A stretch of DNA of 64,000 nt from Squalus acanthias (taxonomy: Eukaryota). Under the pieces are notes generated by a model, which searched no databases, had not been told where the DNA came from, and saw only the letters and a program-made list of their open reading frames with translations. Of the stretch, positions 1 through 12,094 are shown piece by piece; the first letter of the stretch is position 1; each line of letters opens with the position of its first letter. The DNA is taken from positions 133,054,001 through 133,118,000 of the forward strand of contig CM059432.1 in the NCBI GenBank assembly GCA_030390025.1, in the 5' to 3' direction. The position numbers and the translations under genes were made by a program.

Positions 1-349
1 TCTGACTCCCTCCATAAGCATATGGAGGGAGTCATGGGAGAATCTGGGTGCAGCCCTGCACCTCTATGCAGTGATTGTCAGTGTTTGCAGCACCTCAATG
101 CTGTAGAACACTGACAGCACAAACGTCAAAAGAAAGTTGGCCATGGTCCCTTTAAGGAAACCGGCTGATGACGTATCATGAATGACATCACCAGACCCTC
201 TAATTTGGCCAGGAAACGCGCTGGGCAGGCTTAACAAGCCCATTCAACGTAAATTTATTTTAGACAGCGGGATCGAGCCAACAGCGGGGCTGCAACCCGC
301 CTCCGACATCGCCCGCACCGGACCTGCTGAGGTAAGGAAAATCCCGGCC
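1..349 (-). mobile_element. Left end of a non-autonomous Harbinger-derived element (same family as 57968-58784), truncated by the window edge
   Basis: The reverse complement of 1-340 matches about 57980-58315 (e.g. ggctgcacccag...catgactccctccata, taaagggaccatg, gcttgttaagcctgcccagcgcgttt). It ends in TIR-like aaaatcccggcc (338-349). Confidence 0.7.
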
Positions 350-690
350 TGCGTGTCTCAGTGAGGATTTTTCAGTCTGATTGGTTGAAGAGACACGCTG
401 TTGCTTGACCTGCTCACACACGCTACGGATCCCCTGTAGAGGGCACCGCGCTGAAAAGCATCTCTAATTACCGTAAGTTGCCATTCAAATGCTGGCGAAA
501 AGTCTGTGGGCATCCGTAAGCGAGCGCCATTCCTTTGCCGCTGACTGCAAAATCCAGGCCGTTATGCAATTAAAGTATTGAAAGCACAGCATCCCTGATA
601 TAGACTGTGTTTTGGATTCTTGGTGCACTCTGCTATTCAAAGGTGGGAGGGATTAATGAGAGAATTCTTGATCTTTGTGACTGATATAAT

Positions 691-960
691 GGCCGTGAAT
701 TTCAATTGGTACAATGGCATACTCTCAGAGTACGCTGTCATACTGCCTTTGAAACGGACCGCAAGTTCAGGATTTGCATATGTGCTAACTCCCGAACTTG
801 CAATCTGTCAAGTTCCGACTGCACATAGGCGTCAGTGTGTACAAATGAACGTGCTGGCGAAAAGTTGGGCTAATTGCCCTCCTACTGCGAGGTAATTATG
901 CTGAAAATTTTGAAGTCTGGTGCAAACAGGCGCAGGAAGTCTGTTGCACAGTGTAAGGGG
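691..960. mobile_element. MITE-like remnant with an internal gcaagttc...gaacttgc inverted repeat
   Basis: Starts ggccgtgaattt. The internal palindrome resembles those at about 26290-26340 and 57340-57395. Confidence 0.4.
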
Positions 961-967
961 ACCGATA

Positions 968-1505
968 TTAGAAACATAGAAACATAGAAAAATAGGAGCA
1001 GGAGTAGGCCATTCGGCCCTTCGAGCCTGCTCCGCCATTCAATATGATCATGGCTGATCCTCTATCTCAATACCTTATTCCCGCGCTCTCCCCATACCCC
1101 TTGATGCCTTATGTGTCTAGAAATCTATCTATCTCCTTCTTAAATATATTCAGTGACTTGGCCTCCACAGCCTTCTGTGGTAGAGAATTCCACAGGTTCA
1201 CCACCCTCTGAGTGAAGAAATTTCTCCTCATCTCAGTCCTAAATGTCCTACCCCGTATCCTGAGACTGTGACCCCTCGTTCTAGACCCCCCCAGCCAGGG
1301 GAAACTTCCTCCCTGCATCCAGTCTGTCTAGCCCTGTCAGAATTTTATACGTTTCAATGAGATTCCCTCTCATTCTTCTAAACTCGAGTGAATACATGCC
1401 TAGTCGACCCAATCTCTCCTCATATGACAGTCCTGCTATCCCAGGAATCAGTCTGGTGAACCTTTGCTGCACTCCCTCTATGGCAAGTATATCCTTTCTT
1501 AGGTA
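968..1505 (-). mobile_element. CR1 LINE 3' fragment
   Basis: ORFs 1281-1472 and 1109-1318 give CR1 ORF2 C-terminal motifs (QRRFTRLIPG, FFTQRVVNLWNSLP). The 3' tail is (tagaaaca)n at 969-990. Confidence 0.9.
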
Positions 1506-2220
1506 AGGTACTCTGGTTTCATTAACAGTCCATTAACTTTAGTAATTTTTCACTTGGTTAACCCCAATGTTGATGGTTAATGTAGTTTTCATGCACATAG
1601 TGGATGACCAAGGTAGTGACTTTTTAAAAAAGCAAGCCTCATAAAAAGAAAGAACAAGAGAACTGGGACAAGGGGGCAAAATGAGAATGTGTGGATAAAA
1701 GTAATAGACAACTTGCATCATTTCACATCCCACTAAATCCAAATTGTTAACTGGTGCCGTACAATAGGTAAATATGTATGTTCAATTATTTGCTGCCATT
1801 GGATACGTGTAGCTTTTTATTTTAAACCATGGGCCTACCTATTCTGCACCTGAATGTCTCAACATCCCTTCGTGTAGAAAATACAGTTTGTTGACTCTGA
1901 ATATTTGCAGCACCCCTGAAATAAACCCCTTTACCAGTGGCCGTACGTAAACTTTCACTTCCATATCCCACATCAAACAACGGGCAATTTTTTCCTCATT
2001 TATTTGAAAAATGTGTAATTCCAAAACAGTTATTTTTTAGAAGTAAGTCGATTTTAGTAACATACAGTTTAAAAAAATCCTCTACTATATTTTGCATTGC
2101 AGGATCCTTTTCAGATCTATTCAATGTGCCTTAAACACTGGCTACAGTCACCTGGAGTTTCTATGTTAACCAATTAAAAAATAAAATGACCATTTCAACA
2201 TAACAAATAGAAAGATTTGA

Positions 2221-2686
2221 AAGAAAGACTTGCATTTCTATAGCGCCTTTCACGACCACCGGACGTCTCAAAGCGCTTTACAGTCAATGCAGTACTTTTG
2301 AAGTGGAGTCACTGTTGTAATGTGGGAAACGCGGCAGCCATTTGCGCACAGCAAGCTCCCACAAGCAGCAATGTGATAATGACCAGATAATCTGTTTTTG
2401 TTATGTTGGTTGAGGGATAAATATTGGCCAGGACACCGTGGATAACTCCCCTGCTCTTCTTCGAAATAGTGCCATGGGATCATTTACGTCCACCTGAGAG
2501 AGCAGACGGGGCCTCGGTTTAACGCCTTATCCAAAAGACGGCACCTCCGATAGTGCAGCACTCCCTCAGTACTGCACTGGAGTGTCAGCCTAGCTATATG
2601 TGATCTCCAGTCCCTGGAAGAGGGATTATGAACCCACAACCTTCTGACTCAGAGGCGAGTGTGCTACCCACTGAGCCGCAGCTGAT
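2221..2686 (-). mobile_element. tRNA-derived Deu-domain SINE (SacSINE1-like), full length
   Basis: tRNA head (gctcagtgggtagc...gggttc), Deu-type body (aaaccgaggccccgtctg, gatcccatggcactatttcgaagaagagc) and L2-type tail (aaggcgctatagaaatgcaagtc). At least 9 copies in the window. Confidence 0.85.
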
Positions 2687-3125
2687 AAATAGATCTTACA
2701 TTGTATGATAGTGATATATCTAACATAAAAAGTTTGCTCAATGAACACCACACTGGTCGCATTACTCGTTTACCCAGAATTTAATATGGGAGTATTGGAT
2801 TGGCAATTGGCTAAGAGTCAGGAAGTGAAAGGATCATCGCCCCACGTGATCCCAGGTTCGCATATGCACAATGGTGCCCTCCTGGGCTCCATGGGGCACT
2901 ACGCTGCACACAACTCTGCAGCATTTGAAAGCAAGTTCTCGAAGGGGGGTTCGCACGAGGTAAGTGTACCCCTTAGCTACTCTGCTGACCGCAAATTGAG
3001 GGCCAACGTGTTTAAGCATCATCAAACTTTTGTGAGATAGATGCATGAAGGATCTTCGAACAAAGGTGATGTGCTCCTGAACTACTTCTGCTTATATATT
3101 CGTTTTCTGATGGTAGCATTGTTAC

Positions 3126-3460
3126 TGTAGTTTAGTGGTTATGATGCTGGATTAGCAATCCAGAAACCTTGGCTAATAATCCAGAGAATATGTTCCAAAA
3201 CCCACATGGCAGTTTGAGAATTTGAATTCAGTTTTTTAAAAGTCTGGCAATAAAGTGACCATGAAGCTATTCCAACTGGTTCACTAATGTCCTTTTATGG
3301 AATGAAACCTGCCATCCTCACCAGATCTACCTAAGTGACTCCAGTCCCGCACTAAAGCGGTGGACCCTTAAGAGCCCTCAGTCGTCAGGGCAACCAGAGA
3401 TGGACAATAAAAGCTCGCCTTGCCAATGATGCCCACATTCGAAGAATGGATTTTTTTTAA
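3126..3460 (+). mobile_element. tRNA-headed SINE sharing both head and tail with the LINE at 19090-22131
   Basis: A-box-like tagtttagtgg at 3128-3138. The body matches the reverse complement of about 21870-22120. The tail ccttgccaatgatgcccacat matches the LINE 3' UTR (reverse complement of about 19105-19135). Confidence 0.75.
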
Positions 3461-4711
3461 ATTCCCATTCTTCCTTGGAATCTTGGAATTCATCTCTTTG
3501 TTGGGATGCAGTTGACCTAAGTGTAGTGATTATGAATAATGATTTTGTACTGAACATTATCGGATGATTTTTTGATATTGCCACCCATTCACAGTTTGCT
3601 TACATGAGATCATTGTTTATATACAGTGAGTGCCATTGATAAAGTAAAAGTTATGAGAACCTGAGGATTCAATGGATTTAGTCTCCAACTTCTCTCATGT
3701 AATGTAATAAAAAAGAGACCCCCCCGCCCCCACCCACCCCATTCAACCGCACTCACTTTTTCCTTATTTGGACATCTCCACCCTTGGCCTTCTTAAGCCA
3801 CCTTTAAACAAGCTGATTTGTCAAGAACATGGAGGCATTTCACCAATTCCCAACCTTTTTGGCAACATAGCACACTTGTGTATTATATCTTAGCCCAGCC
3901 GCTTAGATGCTGCCGGGAGTTTATTTGGAAAGTTAAGATTATCTTCATTATAATAAAGATTTGTTTGACCAAATCTACAATGCTTTATATGTCAAACATA
4001 ATACTTGCTCTTGTAACTTAGAGTTTTGGGTGCTATTTTCACATTTTATCCCGTATTTACACTAAAATGCACTTGTTAAGATAAATGACTCGTTAACATT
4101 TGTCAAGATGATAAATTAGCAGCGTTTCATCGGACAGACTCAAATGACCATGTGGGAAGGTGGACAACACTGTGCTTACAGCTCAACAGTAAATATCCCG
4201 TTGTACATATGTAATATCTTCATGTAGGACAATTCCCCCACAAGCTCTACCACTGCATTTACATTCCAGAACCATTTCACAAGCTCACGACTGGCTCCAG
4301 GTCCTAGCTACTGCAGAAACCAATCTGTTAATAGTGTGGAGTGGTTTCCACATATGCCAGTCACAATTTTCTGAATAAAAAGAAATTGCGTGGCTATAAG
4401 TTTCAATGTCTATATGACCAGGTGGCTGGGGAAGGCCAGCAAGTACAGCACTAGCTTATCCTGGCCTGTATGGGTGGACTTAGCTGCCCAAGTTATTGGC
4501 AATCAGAAATGTGGACAGTTTCCGACACCAACTCCACATTCTGTTTTTGACATGGGGAATGGCGCTGGGCAGCAGAAGGCACTCTTTCGATGGTGTACAT
4601 GCCCTCCGGTGGCAGCGAGCTACTTTAATGCTGATTCGTTTGCTACTGATGTTGGACCTCCTGTCAGCGACAAATTGGCGGATTAAATTCTGCAGAAAAT
4701 TGGCTGCTCCT

Positions 4712-5190
4712 CACAACAACTTGCAGTTATATAGCGCCTTTAATGAAGTAAAAACGTCCCAAGGCATTTCACAGGAACGTTATCAAACAAAATTTGACAC
4801 CGAGCCACATAAGGAAATATTAGGACAGGTGAAGGAGGTAGGTTTTAAGGAGCGTCTTAAAGGAGGAATGGGTGGGGGTGGGGGGGGGGGGGGGGGGTAG
4901 AGAGGCAGAAAGGTTTAGGGAGGGAATTCCAGAGCTTAGGGCCCAGGCAGCTGAAGGCACGGTGAAGCGATAGATATTCGGGATGCGCAAGAGGCTAGAA
5001 TTGGAGGAGCGCCGAGATCTCGGAGGGTTGTAGGGCTGGAGGAGGTTACACAGATAGGAAGGGGCGAGGCCATGGAGGGATTTGAAAACAAGGATGAGAA
5101 TTTTAAAATCGATGCGTTGCCGGACCGGGAGCCAATGTAGGTCATCGAGCACAGGGGTGATGCCTGAAGGGGAATTGGTGCGAGTCTTGG
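4712..5190 (-). mobile_element. L2 LINE 3' fragment
   Basis: ORF 4820-5200 has ITPVLDDLHWLPVRQRIDFKILILVFKSLHGLAPSYL. The tail is aggcgctatataactgcaagttgttg. Confidence 0.9.
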
Positions 5191-6094
5191 GACTTGGCAC
5201 TTGGTGGGACTTAACACTTCAATAGTCCAGTATTGAAAAAGAACAATGTGAATAACAGGAATGTAGTACAAGGGATAGAGCCAGTCATTTAGATAAGCAG
5301 TCTTTTTAGACAAAGGGTGCTCTACCTTCGAGTTCCTTTCTTCACCTTAAAGTGTTTCTACTTATTAAAGCAGTAATACAGACTCCTAACAGATGAGGGC
5401 ACTTTAACTGCTGATTTACTAACTCTTGTTGAGAATCTAGCTTTAGTGAATTGAAGTAGAGCCTTGCATCTTAACTGGATACAATCTTAGCTAGCTATGC
5501 TGCTTTTTAGATTGCTTTCTGCTACTTAAACTATTCATTACACTTTGACGCTAAGCAGTGTTAGAATTTCACAGAATATTTTCACCATGTGAAACCATTA
5601 TAGAAGTTTCAAAGGTTAGAACACGATTCTCAAACAAAACCCTCCTCCATGCTAGAGAGTTTAACATTCAAACTGCACCCAACCCCTAGCTCATGTTACA
5701 CATTGCAAAGAGTTGGTGTCAGCTGAAAAGTCCCAGATTTGGAAAAAAGTCCAGATGTGCTGCCAAGACATGGGTGCTACACAACTAGTTCAGGCACAAA
5801 AGCTACTCTGGCTTCTATCAAACGTACACCCATCTACCACGGCAGTTTTCTGCATGTGGAGTCTCCTTATTGTAGCTGGGCTGAGTAAATGACTGAGTAA
5901 GCGGAGAAGGGACGGATGCTTAATGAGCTCAAGCCTTTTCACTAAAGACTGTTTATCACATCTATCTGTAAAGAGTGATTTATCATATTGTGAAGAATGG
6001 AAATCTAACTGTGGTAGGCCCTTCAGTTCACAAAGATACAATTGAGACTCGGATTGTATTGTCAAAACAGATGACCCGGATGATCTGGAGTCCT

Positions 6095-6806
6095 GCCTTC
6101 AGTTCTGGGCACCTCGGGAAGGATATATTGGCCTTGGAGATGGTGCAGCGCAGATTCACAAAAATGATTCCAGGGCTTAAAGGGTTAACCACTCCAGGGA
6201 CATGAGCACATAAAGCTAGGCTGACACTCCAGTGCAGTACTGAGGGAGTGCTGCACTGTCGGAGGTGCCGTCTTTCAGATGAGACGTTAAACCGAGGCCC
6301 CCGTCCGCTCTCTCAGGTGGACGTAAAAGATCCCATGGCACTATTTCGAAGAAGAGTAGGGGAGTTATCCTCGGTGTCCTGGCCAATATTTCTCCCTCAA
6401 CTAACATAACCAAAACAGATTATCTGGTCATTATCACATTGCTGTTAGTGGGAGCTTGCTGTGCACAGTTTTGGCTGCCGCGTTTCCCACATTACAACAG
6501 TGACTCCACTTCAAAAGTACTTCATTGGCTGTAAAGTGCTTTGAGACGTCCGGTGGTCGTGAAAGGTGCTATATAAATGCAAGTCTTTCTTTTCTTTCTT
6601 TTAACTTATGAGGACAGGTTGCAGACTTGTATTTCCTTGCATTTAGAGGGTTGAAGGGTGATCTAATCAAGGTCTTTAAAATGAAAAAGAGATTCGACAG
6701 GGTAGATTCGGACCAAAGACGGGTAAATGGAGAATGGGTGCAGATCAGCCGTGATCTAATTGAATGGCGGAACAGGCTAGAGGGGCTGAATGGCCTACTC
6801 CTGTTC
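6095..6806 (+). mobile_element. CR1 3' fragment interrupted by a SINE
   Basis: KDILALEMVQRRFTKMIPGLKG lies before the SINE. LKGDLIKVFK and the 3' UTR gctgaatggcctactcctgttcct lie after it. Confidence 0.8.
6190..6600 (+). mobile_element. SacSINE1-like SINE (5'-truncated) inserted in CR1
   Basis: Same body as 2221-2686. Flanked by ttaac at 6185-6189 and 6601-6605 (probable TSD). Confidence 0.85.
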
Positions 6807-7183
6807 CTACCAGATAGGATTCAGGCGGAAATATAAAAAGCCATTTTTCAGGAATATCATTTCAGATTTACTTCTGATCAGACACAGGCTCTTTCATGTT
6901 CTGCCTTTGCTGACTCTTCCAACTCTTACGTGCTGCTGCTGTTACGTGACAGTGTAAGAAAGTTGCACCAAATTTAACAGCACAAATGAATAAAAGACCC
7001 GCTATTTTACTCTCCTTTATAACTGTACTAGTGGGATAATATTTCCATTTTTTAACAAATTTCTCATCTTGGAACAGTGATATTTTGAGATTAGTATTTT
7101 CCTTGATGCTGCAATTTTGTCAAGTGTTTTTTTTCCTCACTTCTTCATAATTTTATGGTGCTGGTTGCATTTTCATTGATGAA

Positions 7184-8035
7184 CAACAACAACTTGTATT
7201 TATATAGCGCCTTTAATGTAGTAAAACATCCCAAGGCACTTCACAGGAGAATTATAAGACAACAAATTTGACACCGAGCCACATAAGGAGAAATTAGGGC
7301 AGGTGACCAAAAGCTTGGTAAAAGAGGTAGGTTTTAAGGAACGTCTTAAAGAAGGAAAGAGAGGTAGAGAGGTGGAGAGGTTTAGGCAGGGAATTCCAGA
7401 CCTAAGGGCCTAGGCAACAGAAGGCACGGCCACCAATGGTTGAGCGATTATAATCAGGGATGCTCAAGAGGGCAGAATTAGAGGAGCGCAGATATCTCGA
7501 GGGGTTGTGGGGCTAAAGGAGATTACAGAGATAGGGAGGGGTGAGGCCATGGAGGGATTTGAAAACAAGGGTGAGAATTTTGAAATCGAGGCGTTGCTTA
7601 ACTGGGAGCCAATGTAGGTCAGCGGGCACAGGGGTGATGGGCAAAAGGGACTTGGTGCGAGTTAGGACACGGGCAGCTGAGTTTTGGATGACCTCAAGTT
7701 TAAGTAGGGTAGAATGTGGGAAGCCAGCCAGGAGTGCATAGGAATAGTCAAGTCTAGAGGTAACAAAGGCATGGATGAGGGTTTCAGCAGTGGATGAATT
7801 GAGGCAAGGGCAGAGACGGGCGATGTTACAGAGGTGGAAATAGGCGGTCTTAGTTATGCCGCAGATATGTGGTCGGAAGCTCATATCAGGGTCAAATATG
7901 ACACCAAGGTTGCGAACAGTGTGGTTCAGTCTCAGACAGATGTTAGAGAGAGGGATGGAGTCAGTGGCTAGGGAACGGAGTTTGTGGCGGGGACCAAAAA
8001 CAATGGCTTCGGTCTTCCCAATATTTAATTGGAAT
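7184..8035 (-). mobile_element. L2 LINE 3' fragment
   Basis: ORF 7513-7884 (TLIHAFVTSRLDYS...LHWLPVKQRLDFK) and a (caa)n tail at 7183-7193. Confidence 0.92.
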
Positions 8036-8119
8036 TTAATTCAAAGGAAAATATAGAAACAATCGAAAAAATTCTCACCTTTCATTAGAGAGCAAAACTG
8101 AAATTGAGTCCCAAACAGT

Positions 8120-8270
8120 TACATGCGTAGAATTACATAGAAATTACAGCACAGAAAGAGGCCATGCTCCATACGAGCCTTCTCCCACCCTACTTATCTC
8201 ACCCTACCAGCATAACCTTCTATTCCTTTCTCCTTCATGTATTTGTCTAGCTTTCCCTTAAATGCATCTA
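8120..8270 (-). mobile_element. CR1 3' UTR fragment
   Basis: tagaattacatagaaattacagcacagaaagaggcc tail. The same family occurs at about 22400-22645. Confidence 0.65.
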
Positions 8271-8604
8271 ATCATCTGTGATATCATTTGAGTGGTGCAT
8301 GGAACTCAAGATAACATTATAGATTCCAGAATTATAAAGCAGTCATGTTGGAGAAGGGCAGGAAATATAAGTTTGTTGCTTTCATTCCTCAATCCAACTG
8401 AGGCACAATTTGTCCCAGTCAAATGTGATGAGGATTCAAATCTTTTTGCTTATTCCTATACAACAAAGACTCTTGAGATGCCTGACTGCATGAGTTGGCT
8501 GTTTACGTGTAAAGAACTCAGATAAGGAACAAAGCCTAGTGTAGATGAAGTTACCTGATGGCCCCTCATGGACAAACAATGATGTCATGCCTGATCTAAT
8601 CTTG

Positions 8605-8741
8605 ATGCGGAGATGCCGGTGTTGGACTGGGTTGGACAGAAGTGAGAAGTCGCACAACACCAGGTTATAGTCCAACAGTTTTATTTGAAAACTGAATAAA
8701 ACTGTTGGACTATAACCTGGTATTGTGTGACTTCTCACTTT
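8605..8741. mobile_element. Short foldback insertion with a 13-bp TSD (possibly Penelope-related)
   Basis: Inverted arms at 8640-8685 and 8695-8740. Direct repeat tgatctaatcttg at 8592-8604 and 8742-8754. Confidence 0.75.
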
Positions 8742-10799
8742 TGATCTAATCTTGCTCTTGATTACTTCATTCTAGAGTTGATTGCCTTCATCAATGCCTG
8801 AGTATAACCAATGCAAAGCTGCCATTCTGGATCATATTCTCCAGGTGGTACAGTGCCAATTTTACAAGATTTATCCTAATTTTTAATTGTAAGTGGAAAA
8901 GAGCAGGAAATGGAATATCCGTATTGTACTAGATTCTTCCACACTAGTAACAACACAATTTGCATCATGTTGACTAAAAATAGGCCCCAAGTTTGCTCAA
9001 GCATTCCAATGGACTCCTGCTCTAATGGCCAGAAACTCTGTCAGGACCCAGATAGGCCAGGTCCTATCCTTCTGTGGGAGCCTTCAATATGGAGTCTCTG
9101 CCTGCCCATACAAGGCACTGATGTGGAAGGGATAGGGCTGAGGGTGCTCTCTCTGCTGGAAATTCCCAGTTCCTTGGCTTCGATGGGTCCTGGCTTATGG
9201 TTGGAGGCCAATAGGCCCAGTAAGATGAGGCATACTGACCTCCTGCAGGACCAACTGGGCCCAACCTTGGCAGGCCACAGTTGAGACATGGACTCCTGAA
9301 GATCTGGAAATAACGTTTTTAAAATGCAAGCCACTGCTGTGGTTACAATCTACCATTTTCATGGGGAGATGGAGACCCGACACCCCCACGCCATATATCT
9401 TCTGCCCTGTGTTTTTGACCTCATTAGTTGGGGAGGGGCGTTTCCACAGAAGCGCCCCCCACTGCCAAAGACCCGTCCCATCCCTGAAAACTTCAGTAGA
9501 ATTCCGCAGCGAGTGCAATCCTAGTGTAACTGCAGGGGTCATACCTCCCCTGGATGTTCGAGGCCATATACTTTTTGGAGAACAATGAACCAAAGAGTAG
9601 GCTGCTTTGCTCTCCACTTAACCTTCACATCACTAGGCAGCCTTGTTAATTGAGTTGGTTGGCTTTGAGGTGAAAACGGCCCATTAAAAACGTAATTTTC
9701 TTTCTTTTTTACTTATTTTTTGAGATCACTTAGCGTGTTTCATGCCGAAATCAATGGACAATGCTGGATGAATGTTATAGCAATATATTACAATTTTTAT
9801 TGCACTGTTCATTGGGTAGTTGTGATGGAGTTATAAAAATTTGATTTAGCAATCAACATTTCCCACGCTACTAACAACGCAGTCATTAGTTGCAGGGTGT
9901 CAGTGACGTCACCGATCGGCGCTCACTGGCATAATCATCCAATGCATAATAAAGTGCAAAACTTTATTTCTTTTCTCACACTCGGCTCACTGTTCAAAAC
10001 ATATATTTTTCATCAGGCTGAAGTACAGAACCTTGAGATTTATGCTGAAGATTTATTATTGCATTACATACCTGGGTTTCATTACACTGCACTTTACAGT
10101 GCAATAAAATGCGAGAGCCCAGTCACTCCATGAGCTCTGTTTTTTAGAGGGGGATGGGCTCACAGGCCATTAATGATGATGTACTTGCTCCCCTTGCAAA
10201 CTTCACTTGCTATGTATAAGCTTCAATGCGAACATCCATGCTTAACGCTAATAATACAATGTTTGATTAGTAGTTTTATACAAAGGAGTATTGATTTGCA
10301 TTATTGTGAATCCGTATGGGATTCACAATAAAAGAAAAGCGGAATCTTATTCAGCAGAAGACTCATATTTCTAGCTACGCAACAGATTAGTACAATGCAA
10401 ACAAATCTAATCCCTTCATTAGAACCTTGAACTTTCCATGCTGTAACTTCTTATCCAGTAGCAAGTGATGTTATGTTGAAGATACTTATCCTGTACATGT
10501 ATAGCCAGTACGCAAAGAAAACTTATTGGTAGAATTAGGGACTTTTCATTTACCTTTCTGGTTTGCATAAGGTCAGTCAGTCAATTATGTTTAAAGAACA
10601 AGTTAACTTACTTGTCTCAAATTTTTTTCACTCCTGAGGTTGCTGACTGATGCTGTCCTATGGTTCCACCAGCAACCAATTTCATCTCACCAAAGTAGCC
10701 AGGCTTTGTATGTGAATCCAGACAGTGATGGTCAGCAGACTATTCAACAGTGAGGGCCAGACCCAATTCTTCTCTCGCTCTGTATCCATGTATGTGCTC

Positions 10800-11160
10800 A
10801 TGAACATAAGAAATTGATGGGCAGGAAAAGACCAGCTCCTGCCCCACATCATGATGGCTGGAGCATCATGAGTAGACACTTTCCAACCCTCCCCCCAACC
10901 CTGAAACCCCCCCCCCCCCGCCCCACCACCGCCATGTTATCTCCTGGGAGGGGTAAAAATCTGAGAAAAAACCCGTGGCCAATAAAGGAAAAAATACTCT
11001 GGATAATTCCTCTCCGACCCCCTCTGGCGATCGAAACCAGTCCAGGAGATCGCATGGACCAAGTGTAATCTACAAAGACACTTGCCTTCTATATAATGCA
11101 ATCTCTGCCCCAGTCAGGAATCGGTTGAGCTCCCTCTTGAAGGTATTTTCGAATCCGAGT
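10800..11160 (-). mobile_element. CR1-type 3' UTR fragment (different subfamily)
   Basis: aacataagaaat...ggcaggaaaagaccagct tail and agctccctcttgaagg, matching the end of ORF2. Confidence 0.5.
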
Positions 11161-11178
11161 ACTAGATATACATACTAA

Positions 11179-11337
11179 AGCCCCGATTTTAACGTAACGC
11201 ACCCAACGAGAACAGGGTGGATTCGGATCGGATGCCCAATTGACTTCAATGGAACATAAAATCAGGCAGGGTATAAATTGACCATCCAAAACAAACCCGC
11301 CCCATTCTCGCCAAGCACATTAGGTTGAAATTGGGCT
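11179..11337. mobile_element. Small MITE (Tourist/Harbinger-like)
   Basis: Ends agccccgattttaac and gttgaaattgggct. Flanked by taa and tag. Confidence 0.6.
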
Positions 11338-11599
11338 TAGATCATTAAATCCAATATTAGTTGTTAGTTTAGTGTATGCATATAAACATGCTGAGAGCTT
11401 CGTACTACAATATTTAGATTCACTGTAGGTTTTGTGAATTAACACTGCCGGCCCAGAACTTCACACGATGGGAGCATGTAACCAAAATTTAGGTGCAGAG
11501 GTCAGTGCACAATTTTCCATCCTTAGTGAAACAAAGATCTCCATGTCCAAATTCCCGATTTACATTCCCAATACGTGAAGTACGAATTCATAAAATCTA

Positions 11600-11970
11600 C
11601 CCTATAGAATATAAATCATACCTTTATACCCACTTGATGCCCCCTCAAGTAATGAGGAGTAACTTGTATGTAGGTCTCTGGCCTGGGTGCAGGACACAGC
11701 ATTCATCCTTTGTACCACCTCATCCCACACAGTTTGTACTGCTGTTCCATGGGGAAGGTGCTTTTCAGTGCCAAGCAAGGCAACCCTCCCTTCATCCACT
11801 TTCTAACCGAGCAGTTCCACAGCTACAACAGTGAATGCAGGGGCTCCTTGTGGGGAATGTGCCATTTCTCAGCAACTGGGGACAACTTTCCTGTCGCCCA
11901 TCTTCTTCCTGCAGAAATAAACCCGTTTAGCTTTCATTGGCAGCTGCAGCCCCTTTAAGAGCTGCAGCAG
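11600..11970 (-). pseudogene. Degenerate Harbinger Myb/SANT exon-1 remnant
   Basis: ORF 11602-11799 (...VQTVWDEVVQRMNAVSCTQAR) resembles RRVWREVAQSVSSRS of element B. ccctttaag lies upstream, as in the other Myb genes. Confidence 0.5.
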
Positions 11971-12094
11971 GGCCAGATTTCCCCCATCTGAAGGAGCATC
12001 CAGCGAACGGCCCAGTCTGAGCTGACAACTTGCATTGAGTGTAAAAGTAGACTGACTCCGAGAGATCCGACAATCATTCCTGTTGCATGTCGGT

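Noticed and set aside
2590..2686. tRNA genes (here and at about 44960, 57900, 62965, 22100)
   Set aside because: They are SINE or LINE heads that continue into repeat bodies, with no complete cloverleaf.
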